From the NCBI RefSeq assembly GCF_009914755.1, contig NC_060935.1: a stretch of 64,000 nt of DNA; one strand, given 5' to 3'. The number at the start of each line of letters is the position of its first letter. Position 1 is the first letter of the stretch. This document shows positions 14,735 through 29,280 of this stretch, piece by piece. A program made the translations under genes and the position numbers. Under the pieces are notes generated by a model that did no database searches, had not been told where the DNA came from, and worked only from the letters and a program-made list of their open reading frames with translations. This stretch comes from the human T2T-CHM13v2.0 reference genome, Homo sapiens.

Positions 14735-15072
14735 TAAGTGTGACCAAAACATTCTCTGGGGGTCCCTGGAACTCTTTCAAGGGGTCCACACGGTCAGAAT
14801 TATTTTTGTAACAGCAAGCCCCTATCTGTTTTGTTCACTCTTATTCTGTCGTGAGTATACAGTGAAGTCTTATAGAAGCTACATGATATGTGATGACATC
14901 ATTGTTCTAACAACATGTGTGCTTCTGTATTCCTGTTTTAAATTTCCTTATTTTAATTTTGAATACAGTAAATATTGGTAGATACAACTCACACCAACAA
15001 AAATTCTTTGAGATACTCAGTAATTTTAAAGAGCGTAAAGGGATCCTAAGAGCAAGATGTCTGAGAACCCTT
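14735..15072. mobile_element. hAT-Charlie-type DNA transposon remnant
   Basis: ggggtccct...ggggtccacacggtcagaatta...agaagctacatgatatgtga...tgagaaccc pattern; subfamily uncertain. Confidence 0.55.
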
Positions 15073-15079
15073 GGTTTAA

Positions 15080-15496
15080 TGCTATGCTTTGGTTACAGTT
15101 TGTTTCCACCAAATCTCTTGTGGCAGTATTGGGAAGTGGAGTCTAGTGGGAGATGTTTAGGTCATAGGGGCTGACCCCTCATGAAAAGATTAATGTCCTC
15201 CCTTGGGGGTAAGTGAGTTCTCACTCTATTAGTTCCCAGGAGAGCTGGTTGTTATAAAGAGCCTGGCACCTCCCGCTTCTCTCTCTCTTGCTTCTTCCCT
15301 CACCAGGTGATCTCTGAACAGGCTGGCTCCTCTTCACCTTCCACTATGAATGGAAGCATCCTGAGGCCTTCACCAGCTACAGATACCCAATCTTGAATTT
15401 TTCAGCCATAAGAATCATCAGCCAAATAAATGCTTTTTCTTTATGAATTACCCAGCCTCAGGCATTCCTTTATAGCAACACAAAAAGACTAAGATA
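15080..15496 (+). mobile_element. MST-type MaLR solo LTR
   Basis: tgctatg...gagttctcactctattagttccc...ttacccagcctcagg...tatagcaacacaaaaagactaagata. Confidence 0.85.
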
Positions 15497-16600
15497 TTCG
15501 GTGTACAGTAAATTTTTTTTCCAATCTTTGGCATATGACTGTGTTTAATCGTAAAAATTTGAGATCATATTATAGGTATACTTTGTATTTGTATAAACAA
15601 CTGTGATAACATTTCTATGAGCCAGACACTGCTCCAAGTACTTTCTCTTAGCAACCCCTTGAGATAGAAATTATTGTAATCTCCATTTTAAAAAATTAAT
15701 TAATGTTAATTGCCTTGTTCAGGGTTACACAACTAGGGAAGGACAGAGTTGGAATTTAAGCCAAGGCAACTTCAAGGCATAGTATTTCAACATCTGGACC
15801 ACATGTTCCAGAATTTATGTACTCATTCTATAATTTTTGGGCATTTAAGTTTTTAATTTTTCACCAATATAAAATAACCCTATCTGAATGTCCCTGAATA
15901 TACAGCTTTGTTGGGATCATGGATTATTTCTTTGTAATCAGTTCTTAGGAATGGAATTATTGGGTTGAGGACATATCAATTCTTTTCTGAATTGTGATAT
16001 ACATCTCCAAATTATCTTCCAAAATGTATACTCCCGTGCATACTTCCACCCCAAATGCTTGATGCTTGTGTCAATTAATCCTCAGAGGTATTTTTGCAAA
16101 CACAAAGAAAATAGAAAAGTGCCTCCTAGACATTTTGAAAATCTCTAGAGAAGTCAAATACCATTTTAAAAATATTTATAAACACATATTTCTCTTAGTG
16201 CAAATTGTTTGCTCCTTTTTAAGATTTTTATTTAATGAGATTGATCTGATTTGTATGCACACATTCATGAGCTTATGCATAAAAGTGAGTTTTGCCCACA
16301 GCAGAGTGATCACTTAGACACTTAATCTAATGATAATACCATTCGATAAAAGTATGTGGAACTCCTTTATGGGACTTACACACAAAGTAGTTTATAAACC
16401 ACGTAAGAAAAGAGGAAAGTCTTTGTATAAAGCATTGTTATCACCTTTAAAAAATGTTATTTGTATTTAAGAAAAACACATAACAATATTATATTGTTCA
16501 TTAATCTTATTTGCCAGGTTGGATCCAAATAACTTTTTGGCTGTCTGCTAATATCGAGTCTACTCTTAAGGGACTAGGAGTTATCATTACAGAAGTTATC

Positions 16601-19600
16601 TGTAGTGGACACTGTGGCTGCCTGGCTTGTTCACTCATCCCCCAGGGGCTATGAGTAAAGTCTACTAATGACCTGCAGCTGTCCTTCTTCATAGACTTCT
16701 CTGCTGAACAAGGGTGTCTGCCCACTAGGTTCTTACCCCCCGAGAGCAGCCAGTAGCCAATGACTGACACAGGGACACAAAAGGCTGACATCTTTGCCTC
16801 AAGCGTGCCTAACTATGTGCTGCAATTTGTGCTCCAGAGCTTTCTATTAGACCAGACTGATGAGGGTCTTCAGCTGAGACCACATCCTTACTTAGCTTTT
16901 TTTTCCCTTGCTCTATTCTGCTTCCCTTACTTCCAATCTGCTGAGAACACTTTTCCAATAAATTTTACAAGAATCTCCACCTCAAGCTCTGCTTTTGGGG
17001 AGACCTACCTAAGACAGTTGGTGCCAATAGTGGTCATAGGAAATGGACTCTAAGGTATGGGATCCTGGGGGTGGATCACTCACTGGCTGGATGACAGTGA
17101 GGACCCCTCCTGGCAGTAGATAGAGTATTGATACTCTCTGGCATGCTGTACATTAGCTAAGAACTTCACTCTGGTAATCTGAGGAAGAATGCAGGTAGAA
17201 GGGAATGCACTGCTTAGTACAATGTCTCTGGCATTTGAGAGGTATGGAGCAAATAGAAAATTTAGGACTGTGGAACTAGGGGACTGGTGTTAAGTGCCAT
17301 TGATTCATTGAAAAGAGAAAATGCAAAGCTCAAATGTATTAATCATCAATTTTAAACAGAGAGCCCCTTTGATGACACTTACAGACACTCATCTCCTGCA
17401 GCCAGACAGTGGACAGAGCTGAAGGGCAAGCAGATTGCTTTTCTAATAGTAAGGAAAGCAGAGCTTCAAAACAGGTTGAATTCTCAGCTTAGGCAAATAT
17501 CTTATGCCAATGTCAAGAGCCTGATAGGAAAAGAGTGGGGCCCTAAGACTTAGGATACAGATATTGGGGGTGGTGCACTTGAGAACCTTAGAACCCCCAC
17601 ATTTCAGATTTCTCCAAACCTTCTTGGCAGGCATAAATGGCCCACTCCCCCTGTTGGAAGATAGAGCCCCCATCCATTTTCTAGATAAGACTAAGACCTC
17701 AAATAAGGCAGGTGCTTTATAATGTCTTATCTTCTTAGGATCAGCCATCACATTCTCTTCTGGACACAAGACTTAAGGTCAAGTCTCACCAAGTACTAGA
17801 GAGGTACCAGGCCTGCAAGGGGAGGAGAGAAATTATATGCCAAAGGAGGTGCAGGAATGGGTTAATATATGCCAGCAGGAGCTGGATGAGTAGGCCTAGA
17901 AGTGGATCATGAGGATGCTGGATGAAGGTGGGAAGATAAGGGAACGTTTGTCAAGGTAGGGTTAAGGACCTCAGGAAAGATGCCTAATATACTGATGGGG
18001 TGGTTGTTAGTAGCTTAGAAAAAGTGATTTGTTGCAATAAATGAGATAGAGATGCTAGATTGCCTGGAAGACTGAGAAGGAAGGGATTGAAAGTTTCAGA
18101 GAACTGAGCATGCTAGAATGGGTCAACTATATAATACTGGAAAACTCACCAGCTATGTTCCACTAGTTACCAAGGTGAAAAGGAATGCACTGGGAGTGGC
18201 TGAGGGTGGATACCAGGACTACTGAGAAGTGCTATAGAGGCTTTATCTTTAGGCTGGGGCTGACAGTAGAAGATGCTATTCCAGAACCAGCCTCCCTGGA
18301 GTCAATGAGAATAATTGGGCCTGGAATAGCAGAGGCCAGGTGGTAACTCTCAACCATCAGAAGCAAGGTGGATATAATTACTGTAACAGGCAGCAATATT
18401 GAAATGACACCCAAGGAGGCCTGACCTATACATATCAATGAAAGTGGCTAATGGGTCATATTATTCCTAGGGGCAAGATAGATTGTAGCTAATAATATTC
18501 ACTTAAAGTGTAAAATCAAATGAGATTAAGAATAGATGAACAGAACGCTGAGGTCAGCCATCCCAATGGAAAACAGGATCTCTTGCCCAGTTTCTAGACC
18601 TAAGTCAGTTCTCAGATCCAAAACCCACTGACTGCAGAAAGGTTGGATCCCCATGATATGGTCTGGCCGTCTCCGCAGCCAAATCTCATCTTGAATTGCA
18701 GCTAATTCCCACGTGTTGTGGGAGGAACCCAGTGGGAGATAATTGAATCATGGGCGTGGTTTCTTCCATTCTGTTCTCGTGGTAGTGAATAAGTCTCATG
18801 AGATCTGACGGTTTTATAAGCGGAAACTCCTTTCACTTGGCTCTCACTTCTCTCTTGCCTGCCACCATACAAGGTGTGCCTTTGCTCCTCTTTTGCCTTC
18901 TGCCATTGGTCGTGAGGTCTCCCCAGCCGTGTGGAAATGTTAGTCCATTAAACGCTTATTTCTTTATAAATTACCCAGTCTCGAGCGTGTCCTTATTAGC
19001 AGTGTGAGAATGGACTAATACAGTTGCCACATGAAAAGACACTGCAGCATCATAACAAGTATATACCATAGTGATTCAGCAAGTCCTTCCCCAAAGGGAC
19101 CCATGTCTAGACACTAAGGAAAAGGAATACCCAGTTCTTTCAGATGCTATTAGATCAGGTCAGAGATGATCCTGTTACATGAGAACCCAAAGTGCTTTCA
19201 TGACCGCTTTTAGGGTAGGGGCTTATGCAAGTCAGGTAACAAGTGGAATTCTGACCCAGGTTTGTCTCACAGTTGATAAACAGAGGCCATGGATCTGCCC
19301 AGTGATCATGACCCCAGCTCCCAAATGTGTAAGTGAAATGAACATTCTTAGCAGTTGGTAGAACACTTACTTTGGTTCTTCGACCTGTAAAGTAAAAGCA
19401 ATTGTGGTATGAAAGGCCGTGTGAAAATTCCCAAAACTTCACCCTTTGGTCAAGATAGGATACGAAACTGCTTGGCATCCTAGAGGGGATGGCATATTGG
19501 TGCTACTCTTGAAGACATAAAGGATGTAGGAGTGGTGGGATCTGCAATATCCTCATTTAATATATCAGCCTGGCCCCTAAAAAAAACTGGATCATAGGGG

Positions 19601-20294
19601 AAAACAACGTACTGCTATAAACATAACCAAGTAATTCCCCCAATTGCAGATTAACATGTCCTCATATCCATAATATTAAGCTATTACCTGGCAAATATTT
19701 TAAATGCCCATCAGAAATAAGGATCAGAAGCAGTTGATGTGCATATGCAATGTTTTGCTTCAGGGCTATGTTTGTTTCCTGCCTTCTCTATCATGAAATA
19801 GTCCAAAGAGACCTAGACCAACGGATGATTATGCAGAACTTTACATTGGCCCACTATATTTGATGTCATCATGTTAACCAAGCCAGATGAGAAGTGGCAA
19901 ATTATCTGAATGCCTTGGCAGGATACATATGCTTCAAGGGATAGCATTTGTACAGAAAAACACTAAAAAGATTCAGGGGTTCACTACATTGGTAAAGTTT
20001 TTAGGGGTTTAGTGATCTGAACACGCTGGGTTATGGGTTATTCTGTGCATGCTGGGTTATCCTATCTAAAAAGTTTTTGTGCTTTACACCTTACACAAAT
20101 AAGAAAAAAGCGCAATGCTTGACAGGCATCTCTGGGATTAGGAGGTAGCATACTCCATACTGGAATACTGATCTTTGTATGGGGTGACACAGAAGAATCC
20201 TAGATTGAGTGGGGTCTGGAACACTTCTCCAGTAAATCTCTTAAACTGCAATTTCCATCTCAGGCTCTGCTTCTAGGGAACCTGACCTGAGGCA
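16601..20294 (+). mobile_element. Decayed ERVL-class provirus (LTR16/HERV16-like): 5' LTR 16601-17016, internal gag-pol remnants, 3' LTR remnant about 20230-20294
   Basis: LTR ends ...ctaagaca followed by gttggtgccaatagtggtc. RT motif remnants: ttgcttcagggctat (LLQGY, about 19755) and a frameshifted HYI-DVIML (about 19851-19876). No intact ORF. Confidence 0.7.
18654..19022 (+). mobile_element. MSTA/THE1-type MaLR solo LTR nested in the ERVL
   Basis: tgatatggtctggc...aaatctcatcttgaattg...ttattagcagtgtgagaatggactaataca. Confidence 0.88.
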
Positions 20295-21583
20295 GATGCT
20301 TCAGAAGAGACCAGGTTGTTTAGAGCCAGGAGACAGGACACCTGGGTCTTAGTTCTATTGTGTTTTTTCTGTCCGAATGACCGAGGCATGTTATTTTGCT
20401 CTCCAGGCTTCCATGTTCTTATTTGTAAAATGTAGGGCTTGTGTTGCTTCAGCATTTCTTAACTTTCTTCCATCAGATAACAGACATGACAGATAAGATT
20501 TATATACATGACACACTCCCAAGGGTGTGTCCCTCTGCACCCATAAGAGCAGGTTATATGCAGTTCCCAGCAGGCTGGCTATAACTCCACCCCTCTTTCC
20601 CACTCAGGAAACGATATTGGAGTGTAGAGTGATAAAAGTGAAACCACAGGGTATGGACAACCTTGAATATTTTCTAGTTTGCTTTTTAAAACATCATTTG
20701 CAATCTATCATACTTCAATGTGTTTTTAAAAATCATTTTAACAAAGCTCACTATGGGTGTTTCTTGACAACATAGTTCAGAACAAGTGTTAAAAATACTC
20801 ATTAAGATTACTTTCTGTCTCCAAAGTTGAGATTCTGAAAATAAGTCCCCACAAATTGAGTTCTGAAATCTTTGCATGCCAGTGCCCCTGTGATACCTTA
20901 AACAAGAACACTCCTTTGTATATAGAAGTTTGATAAGCTGAATATGTATCTGATAAGAACTTCTTTCAATTACCTCCTGTTTACTGATTGCCTACTTTTG
21001 CACTATTTGTAAGATTCCAGAATTCTAAAATGTGCTTACTTGATTCAAATTTAGTGTCTTCATAGAGGCATTTCAAGAAGTTCACATTAATGAGTGTCAA
21101 AAGAGAAAAGGATTCTGTAGTCAAAGAAGTTTGGATCAATTAAGGTTAATCAGATATCTTTGCTGCAGAACTTAAGTCCTTTAATCTAATTTGTTAAGAT
21201 GCTTTGGGAATCTCCAGAAGATAAATTTAGTCTGTGATGTTTCCCCAAGATTTTGAACATGAAACCCCATGGAATAAATGCTCAAGGAACATACTTTAGA
21301 AAAATAAGAGCTTTACAGCAATATTAGCTTTCAGTGGTTCCCAAGTAGTTTGAGATAATTCTGCAGTGATACCATCCATGCTGGCTTTCCAACCAAGAGA
21401 AGTATGCTCCTGAGTGATATACAGTGTTGCCTACTCAATATGTCTTACTCCCTTTCCCATCCACTGTCCAGATTCCCCAAAAGCAAACAGTAACTCCACT
21501 CTAGAAAGTATATTGCTACCCTTCTCAGGTACTGACAGGCTTTTTGTGAGAAAGTGAACCAGAGGTCAAAAGATCCAGTTCTG

Positions 21584-22925
21584 TCCCAGAATAAGACCAC
21601 ACACCTACAACTATCTGATTTTTTGACAAACCTGACAAAAACAAGGAATGGGGAAAGGATTCCCTAATCAATAAATGGTGCTGGGATATCTGGTTAGCCA
21701 CACACAGAAACTGGACCCCTTCCCTATACAATATACAAAATTAACTCAAGACAGATTAAAGACTTAAATGTAAAACCCAAAACTATAAAACCCTGGAAGA
21801 CAACCTAGGCAATAAAGGACATAGACACAGGCAAAGATTTCATAATGAATACACTAAAGACAATTGCAACAAAAGCAAAAATTGACAAATGGGATTTAAA
21901 CTGAAGAGATTCTGCACAGAAAAAAATAAAAATAAAAAAACTATCAACAGAGTATACAGACAAGTGACAGAATGGGGAAAAAAATTTGCAAACTATGCAT
22001 GTGGCAAAGGTCTAATATCCAGCATCTGTAAGGAACTTAAATTTCCAAGAAAAAACCAAACAACTTCATTAAAAAGTGGGCAAAAGACATGAACAGACAC
22101 TTTTCAAAAGAAGACACACATGTGGCTAACAATCAAATGAAAAAAAGTCCAACTGATCATTAGAGAAATGCAGATCAAAACCACAAGGAGATACCATCTC
22201 ACACCTGTCAGAATGGCTGTTATTAAAAAAGTCAAAAAATATTAATAACAGATGCTGGTGAGGGTGTGGAGAAAAAGGAACACTTGAACACTGTTGGTGG
22301 GAGTGTCAATTAGTTCAACCATTGTGGAAGATGGTGTGGCAATTCCTCAAAAACCTAAAGACAGAAATTCCATTCAACCCAGCAATCCCATTACTGGGTA
22401 TATACCCAAAGGAAAATAAATCATTCTATTATAAAGACACATGCACACGTATGTTTATTGCAGCATTATTCACAATAGCAAAGACATGGAGTCAACGTAA
22501 ATGCCCAACAATGGCAGACTGGGTAAAGAAAATGTGGTATGTATATACCATGTAACACCATGCAGTCATAAAAAACAATGAAATCATGTCCTTTGCAGGG
22601 ACATAGATGGAGCTGGGGCCATTATCCTTAGCAAACTAACACAGGAACAGAAAACCAAATACCACATGTTCTTACTTATAAGTGGGAACTAAATGATGAG
22701 AACACATGCACACATAGTGGGGAACAACACACACTGGGTCTCTTGGAGGGTGGAGAGTGGGAGGAGGGAGAGCATCAGGAAAAACAACTAATGGATACTA
22801 GGCTTAATACCTAGGTGATGAAATAGTCAGTACAACAAATCCCCATGACACAAATTTACCTATGTTATAAATCTGCACATGTACCCCTGAACTTAAAATA
22901 AAAGTTAAACAAAACAAAAAACCCC
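21584..22925 (+). mobile_element. L1PA 3' ~1.3 kb (ORF2 C-terminal remnant plus 3' UTR)
   Basis: ORF track peptide WQFLKNLKTEIPFNPAIPLLGIYPKE...CTRMFIAALFTIAKTW is L1 ORF2p; TSD aaagatccagttctg (21569) / aaacatctagttctg (22926). Confidence 0.95.
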
Positions 22926-23075
22926 AAACATCTAGTTCTGCACCTTGGTCTGGCACTAAGTAGCAAGGTGATCAGGGATGGGAGACTAAGAATTATATTA
23001 ATGAAAAGCAATATTTAAAATAAAAATAGTTGTGTTTGTGAAACGTGATGATGTTTTTAAAATATTGTTCAGAGA

Positions 23076-23190
23076 TTTTTTTTTTTTTTTTGAGACAGGC
23101 TGATCTCAAACTCCTGGCCTCAAGTGATCCTCCCACTTCAGCCTCCCAAACTGTTGGAATTACAAGCCTGAGCCACGGTACCTGACCTAG
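23076..23190 (-). mobile_element. Alu left-monomer fragment with internal deletion
   Basis: T17 tail, gagacagg joined directly to ctgatctcaaactcctggcctcaagtgatcctccc. Confidence 0.85.
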
Positions 23191-23313
23191 GGATGTATTT
23201 TTTAAAATAAAGTAAAGCAACTGCCACATTTCCAGGTACATAGGCTATGAGCATCTTGAAGATGAGAACCTGGAAAGTAATATTGTCCCATTTATTAAAC
23301 ATTCTATGCCTGA

Positions 23314-23609
<296 letters not shown>

Positions 23610-23614
23610 AATTA

Positions 23615-24110
23615 TTTTTCATTCAGATCTTTGCTCATATGCCACCTTGTCAAAGAGGGCTTTCCTAACTATCTTACTATCTTTTCTCAAATACTTTCCC
23701 TGCCATCCCTCTCCATCCCTAATCAGATTTATGCTTTATAGACTGTATCACCGCCCAACATTTTATTCTATTGTATTCCTGCTTATTGTCTATCTCCCTA
23801 ACTGAAACTTAAGCTCCATGAAGACAGATATTTTGTATGTTTTGTTCTATGTTGTATCCCTAACACCTAGAATAGTACTTGGAACATTACAGATCCTCAA
23901 TAAGGTATTTATACAAGGAAGTAATCAATGAATGATCTTGTAGAATTCTAACCACAATCCTATGAGCTAAGTCTGTTACTGTCTTCATTTGGTAATCAAG
24001 GAGACCAGGCTACAAAGAGATTATGTCACTTGCTCAAGGAGATAGTATGAAGGAGTAGAGCCTGTATTGAGATCCAGGTCTGACTTCACAGCTTCAGCCA
24101 CGAGGCCATA
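23615..24110. mobile_element. L2 3' fragment followed by MIR
   Basis: taagctccatgaagacaga...tgtatccctaacacctagaatagtac (L2); agagattatgtcacttgctcaagg (MIR). Confidence 0.7.
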
Positions 24111-25849
24111 CAGCCTTTAATGAATACATCTTTGCTTCTCAGAGGTGGTATCTGTGCTCCCCCCAGGAAGGGGGCTCATTAAAGTGTAGATTATTGGGGT
24201 TTACCTGATATAGTGAAACAGAATGGGTGGAGGGAGAGTAAATGGTAAGGAAAGGGATGAGGTGAAAAGAAAAGAATCATCTGTCGCAGATATCAATTCC
24301 CAAATGGATGAGTCTGGCTCCTTGACTCCTGTCTAAACCCTCCCAGAGAGAAAGAGATGCAGAAGCACTGTTTTCACAGCAGACCCCATGAGATCTGGAA
24401 TGCTTTGATGCCCAGGTAGGAAGATAAATGTCAGTTTGGCTCCTTTTGAGTTACTGGCTCTGAGACTACCAAGAGACACAGCTCTGGCTGATACCAGAAT
24501 TATTATGAAGGACATAGAGGGACTCTCAGGTATCAGACTTCAACACAGAGGCTGGAGTGCAAAACAACAGGGCTGTGTGCAAATGCCTATAAAACATCAC
24601 CTGGGACTCCCAGAAAGCCTTGGAAAGTGGGCAGAATTTGCCAGAATCTGAGTTTCCATGTTTAAGTGTGGGCAAGTGCTAGCTACTGACATTAGAATTA
24701 TTATTGTGATTGTGATTTCATTAATAGCCACAAATATTATTTTTCCTCTTTCAAGGTCTCTGTTTTCTTTGTGTGGTTGGATCTGGGGCGGTTCTGCTCC
24801 CTTGGGCCAAGCTGGTCTACTGGGCTATCCCCCTCATGTGAGCCAGAAGGGCAAGGCCAAGGTGCCATATTAATCTTTTCTTCTCAGGGACTATCTATAT
24901 TTCTCTGGTGGTTTTAAACAGAAAACACACACACAGATACACACACACGCCTTGAATTACACAGGAAGATTTAGAATCAACTCAGAAGTCCCACCTCCTG
25001 GTGTTCTCTCTCTTTGGACATGGATGAACTGCAGAGAGAGAAAGGAACCTTTTGTCCTTCCATTGGTCCAGGCCCAAGCATCTTGCTGTGCCTAAATTCC
25101 ACAGTGTCACAGGATTTGAGTGAAGTTGCCCTTCATTTCTAGTAGCCAAGCTTTCTTGAGAGGCCGCTTCTGCGTATTGAGCTGTTAACCCGCCACTCCT
25201 TTATTTACATATCAGTTAGATGAAGTTCACCCACTCAGATTGTGAAACACCTTTCATTGTTTTTGGCGAGTCACTCTTCAGGTGCAGTTAAGAAGTCTTC
25301 ATTCTGGGGGGTTCAAAAGTGTTTCATACCAATGTCAACCCCATTGTTATGGCCCTAAGTAAAAACTGTGACCTGAGAGATGAGAAAAAGTCCCAATAGG
25401 TGAGGTAAGTAATTAAACAAGTGACTGCATTTTATTGTGTAAATTACACTACATTTACTGTAAAGCTAAACTGCCAATAGCCCTTATAAAGTCTCAAAGG
25501 CAATGACTTAACCATGAATAGTGAGTTCCAAAGATGCAGAACAGAACACGTTTGTCCTTTAAGTGCTATTGGGAAAGACAAACTAAATTTGAAAAAGGCA
25601 GCTTTCCCAGTCTCCAGTCACTGAAGATTTGGCTTGGCTTCAGAGGTGGAATTCTGGTTTCCCCCAAAACCTCCCCAGTACTAAGTTATGCAAATCTTAG
25701 GTGTAGCAAGAGTTGGGCATGAAATCAATTGCAGTTGTGGACTGTTGGTAGGTTACGTGTGACTTGGTAGAATGTTCTTTCTCTTCTTCTGGGCCATTTT
25801 GCTCCTTATTTCCCTGGATAAGATAGGCATGTGATAATCACTCTCAGAC

Positions 25850-25945
25850 CTATGTGTTTACAGAACTCCAGGGAGCACCATAACGATAGGATACAATTCA
25901 ATGTTGCCCCCTAGAGTTGGACAATACACCAACCCTGATGCCTTT
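25850..25945. mobile_element. MER91-like palindromic hAT element
   Basis: Imperfect inverted repeat aactccagggagcaccat ... atgttgccccctagagtt. Confidence 0.55.
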
Positions 25946-27504
25946 ATAATGGGGCCATTCATTTGTCTGCCAAAAACAATGTCCATAGCCGGTTGGATAT
26001 TCCATTCTAGCATGCTTTTCCTACCATGTGGTTCAGGTTAAGTGATTCTTTTAGCCTCAATTTTTTGTTTACCTTTACCTGTTCTTGATTCAGATTGGGA
26101 GCTTTCATCCAGTACCAAGGGTTATGATATGCAACATATGTCACAATGAAGACTTGGTGGGGAGTGAAAGAAAGACTATTTTCTAAGCTTTTCTAAAGAG
26201 GCTGGAACATTTGATCTGAAAAAGGTGTGAGAACTGGCTTTGTGATAGAAAATAGTGTTTTGGATCCTAGATCTTGTATCTTGCATTGAGATGAAATAAG
26301 TGCATGGTGTTCCTGGCAGGTGATGGGAAAAGGCAATCTGTGCCCCCATATTCTCCAAGCTAAATAGGTTGGTTTCTTCTTTCAGCAGGCCTTTACTTAC
26401 AAGAACAGCTGGTTTCTTTTGGAAGCATGCATCCAACTAATCCTCCACACAGATACTTGGCTTCAACAGGGAAAATAAGTTTGCTATATTCAGCATTAAA
26501 CGTGATTGCACTTGCCTCCAGGCCTTTAAAGAAGCAGGGTTGCTTTATCCATTAGTTTCTATAGGCATAGTGCCTAGGCTGAGGCCCAAGAACATTTCAA
26601 GAGATGGTTAAAATACTTGAGATCTGGAGGAGAAAAATAAAGAAGAAATATTTTGATTCCATTGAACAATGTGATACCAAAATTTTTAAATGTGTAGTGA
26701 CATAGCTGCAAATTATGACATAGGCTAATTTCATCAATTATTAAATTAAGTATTCATAAACATCTCATTATAGGTGCAAGCATTTGTGGATTAGTTTTTC
26801 TCACTTGAATCGTCTTACAGGTACCCAATGATTGCTAAGAAATCATAACCAATTTTGAATCAAAGGAATTACTAATACAAAAATAATTTGAAAACCAAAT
26901 TAGAAAAAAACTACATTTTTTTGCCCCCAAATTATATTGGATGTGTGTACATCTGAATATGTTTCATAAGATATGGGAGGAGCTGCCTAGGACTTAGGGA
27001 CCCTCAAGTGCTCTGGGTAAGGGTCATTTCCCTTCCCTGGGATACTCTCTGTAATTGTCTATACAGTTCATGTTCTTTCTCTGCTTTAAACTTTTAAAGG
27101 AAATTCCCTTTTCTTTATTCTAATCCACTGGGCTCCTTGACTATTTCTTTAGCAACCAAATGTAGAGAGACTTCACATTTACTTGTGTTATGGACAACTT
27201 ACATTCGTATATTTTTATTTTGAGGCCTTTCTTGAATCTATTATATGTATTTATGCTATATTTCAACTAAAGTGAGATACTTGGATGGAAAATCATTTAT
27301 TTATTTATTCATTCATTCAATGAAACTACCATGTGTTGGGTGCTTAGAATATGAAGTTGAGTAAAGCAAAATACTTGGCCTGTTCTTTCAAGACATTCAC
27401 AATCTCGAAAAGAAGGTAGGCAGGAAAGAAGATAAGTTGCTGCACAATTGCCTCCTGGCTGTTGACTATCTGTTGCTCAGACTGCTTCTGGGCTCAACAA
27501 GTTT

Positions 27505-27750
27505 TTATTTATTTAATAAGCAGTTTCTGTGTGTCAGCACTATTCTCAATGCAGATGCTGTTTAACACTCTTATGAATTTATTTCTCAAGGCAGTCCTAT
27601 GAGGCATTACCATTATCCCCATTTTGCAGATGAGGACAATTGAGACACAGAGAAGTTGAGTAATTTGCTTAGGGTCCTTTACACAACAAATAAGTAGCAG
27701 AGGCGAAATTTGAACCCAACCAGCCTGGCCCCAGAGCCCATACTGCTGGT
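27505..27750. mobile_element. MIR
   Basis: attatccccattttgcagatgagga...tgagacacagagaagttgagtaatttgc...tttgaaccc. Confidence 0.85.
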
Positions 27751-28399
27751 TTGTAGGTTATGAACTAAACCATATGATCAGTACTAGTGGGGTTCAGAAA
27801 ATGTTTCATAACTAATTAGGCACAGTTCAGATGAAATAGGCAGGGAAGTCTCCACTAAGGAAGTGATATTTCAATTGCTTTGTATGCATAGAAATTTGTC
27901 CAACAGATACATTTGGAGTACAGGATTAAGGAAAGGCATTCCAAGTAGAAAGAAAAGCCTATGGTATAGTCTATATAGATAAAACAAATATGTACCAATA
28001 TTTGTTTTGAGAAATGCAGATAGTGTATATGGCTGGAACTTACTTTGCTTAGAGGGGATTGATAGAGATGGGACATGAAAGGAAACCAAGGAAAATCTAA
28101 TCTTGTTGATCATTGTAAGGAGTTTGGCTTTTGGTCAGTTTTGATTTGGGTCTGTTAAATGTTGGTTGCCTCCCCTCCACTTCTACCCCTTCAATGAAAG
28201 AAAATATTGATCACTTTAACTATGCAGAAAAACGATTTTAATATGAATGGAAGAAAATGCCACAAAGTCACAAGTCAACCAACAAACTAGAATAAAATAT
28301 TTGTACTGCACAGCACAGTCTGTTTTTCTTAATGTACTAAGTGTGAATACAAATCATTACAAGATTAAAGAAAAAGACCAACAAATCAAGAGACAAGCA

Positions 28400-29280
28400 C
28401 CGAAACAGAATTTTTTTTTTAAAAAAGGCATTTAAACATTAGTAAAGGTGCTTTGCCTACTTACAGTAAGAGAAATGCAAATGAAAACAAGAATAAGATA
28501 TCATTGTCACTGTTGGTTCAGCAAAGACTGAAAATTTGGTAACACCCTGGCCTGGCCAGAGTTTGGGGAAACAGCCACTCATATTGCTGGTAGGATGGTG
28601 ACCTGGCACAACCTCTATGAGGTTTGTAATTGAGCAGTATCTACCAAAATCACACATGTACATATTTTTCAACCTGAGAGTTATACTCCTGGGAATTTGT
28701 TCTGCAGGTAGATTCACACATGGGTATGATATACTTACAATGATATGTATGTTATAACATTATTTGTAATAGCAAAACATTGAGGAACAAACCTAAACTA
28801 ATAAAATTAAATAATTGATTAGGTCTCTTACGTGCATCCATATCATAAAATTCTTTGCTGTCTTTTTTTAAAGAGAAAGAGGTGGGGTCTCACTTTGTCA
28901 CTCCAGCTGGTCTCGAACCCCTGGCTTCAAGCAATCCTCCTGCCTCAGCCTCCCAAAGTGCTGGGATTACCTATGTAAGCCATCGTGCCCAGTCACTTTG
29001 GTGTCTTTAAAGAGCAAGTCTGTCTGATATGTATCAATGTGGCAGAATCTTCAACACCTGATTTAAAAAAGTAGAGCACAGAATGATGGGTTAGGTTTGT
29101 TACCATTTGTATGTGAGTGTGCATTTAAGGAAATATATACATATAGGCTTGAAAGTGCATTAAAGACTTCTGGAAGAAGTGTAGGAAATTGGTACATTGG
29201 TCGCCTCTGGGAAAGGAAACATTGCAGTTAAGAAGAGAGGGATGGTGCACTTCTACTTCTTATTTATATGTTTTAAAATG
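28400..29280 (+). mobile_element. Old L1 (L1ME-like) remnant with an antisense Alu monomer at about 28863-28993
   Basis: agagaaatgcaaatgaaaacaa...cactcatattgctggtaggatg (L1); gtctcgaacccctggcttcaagcaatcctcctgcctcagcctcccaaagtg (FLAM-like). Confidence 0.7.

Noticed and set aside
21889-22555. L1 ORF2-like peptides
   Set aside because: Fragmented, 5'-truncated L1; not a gene.
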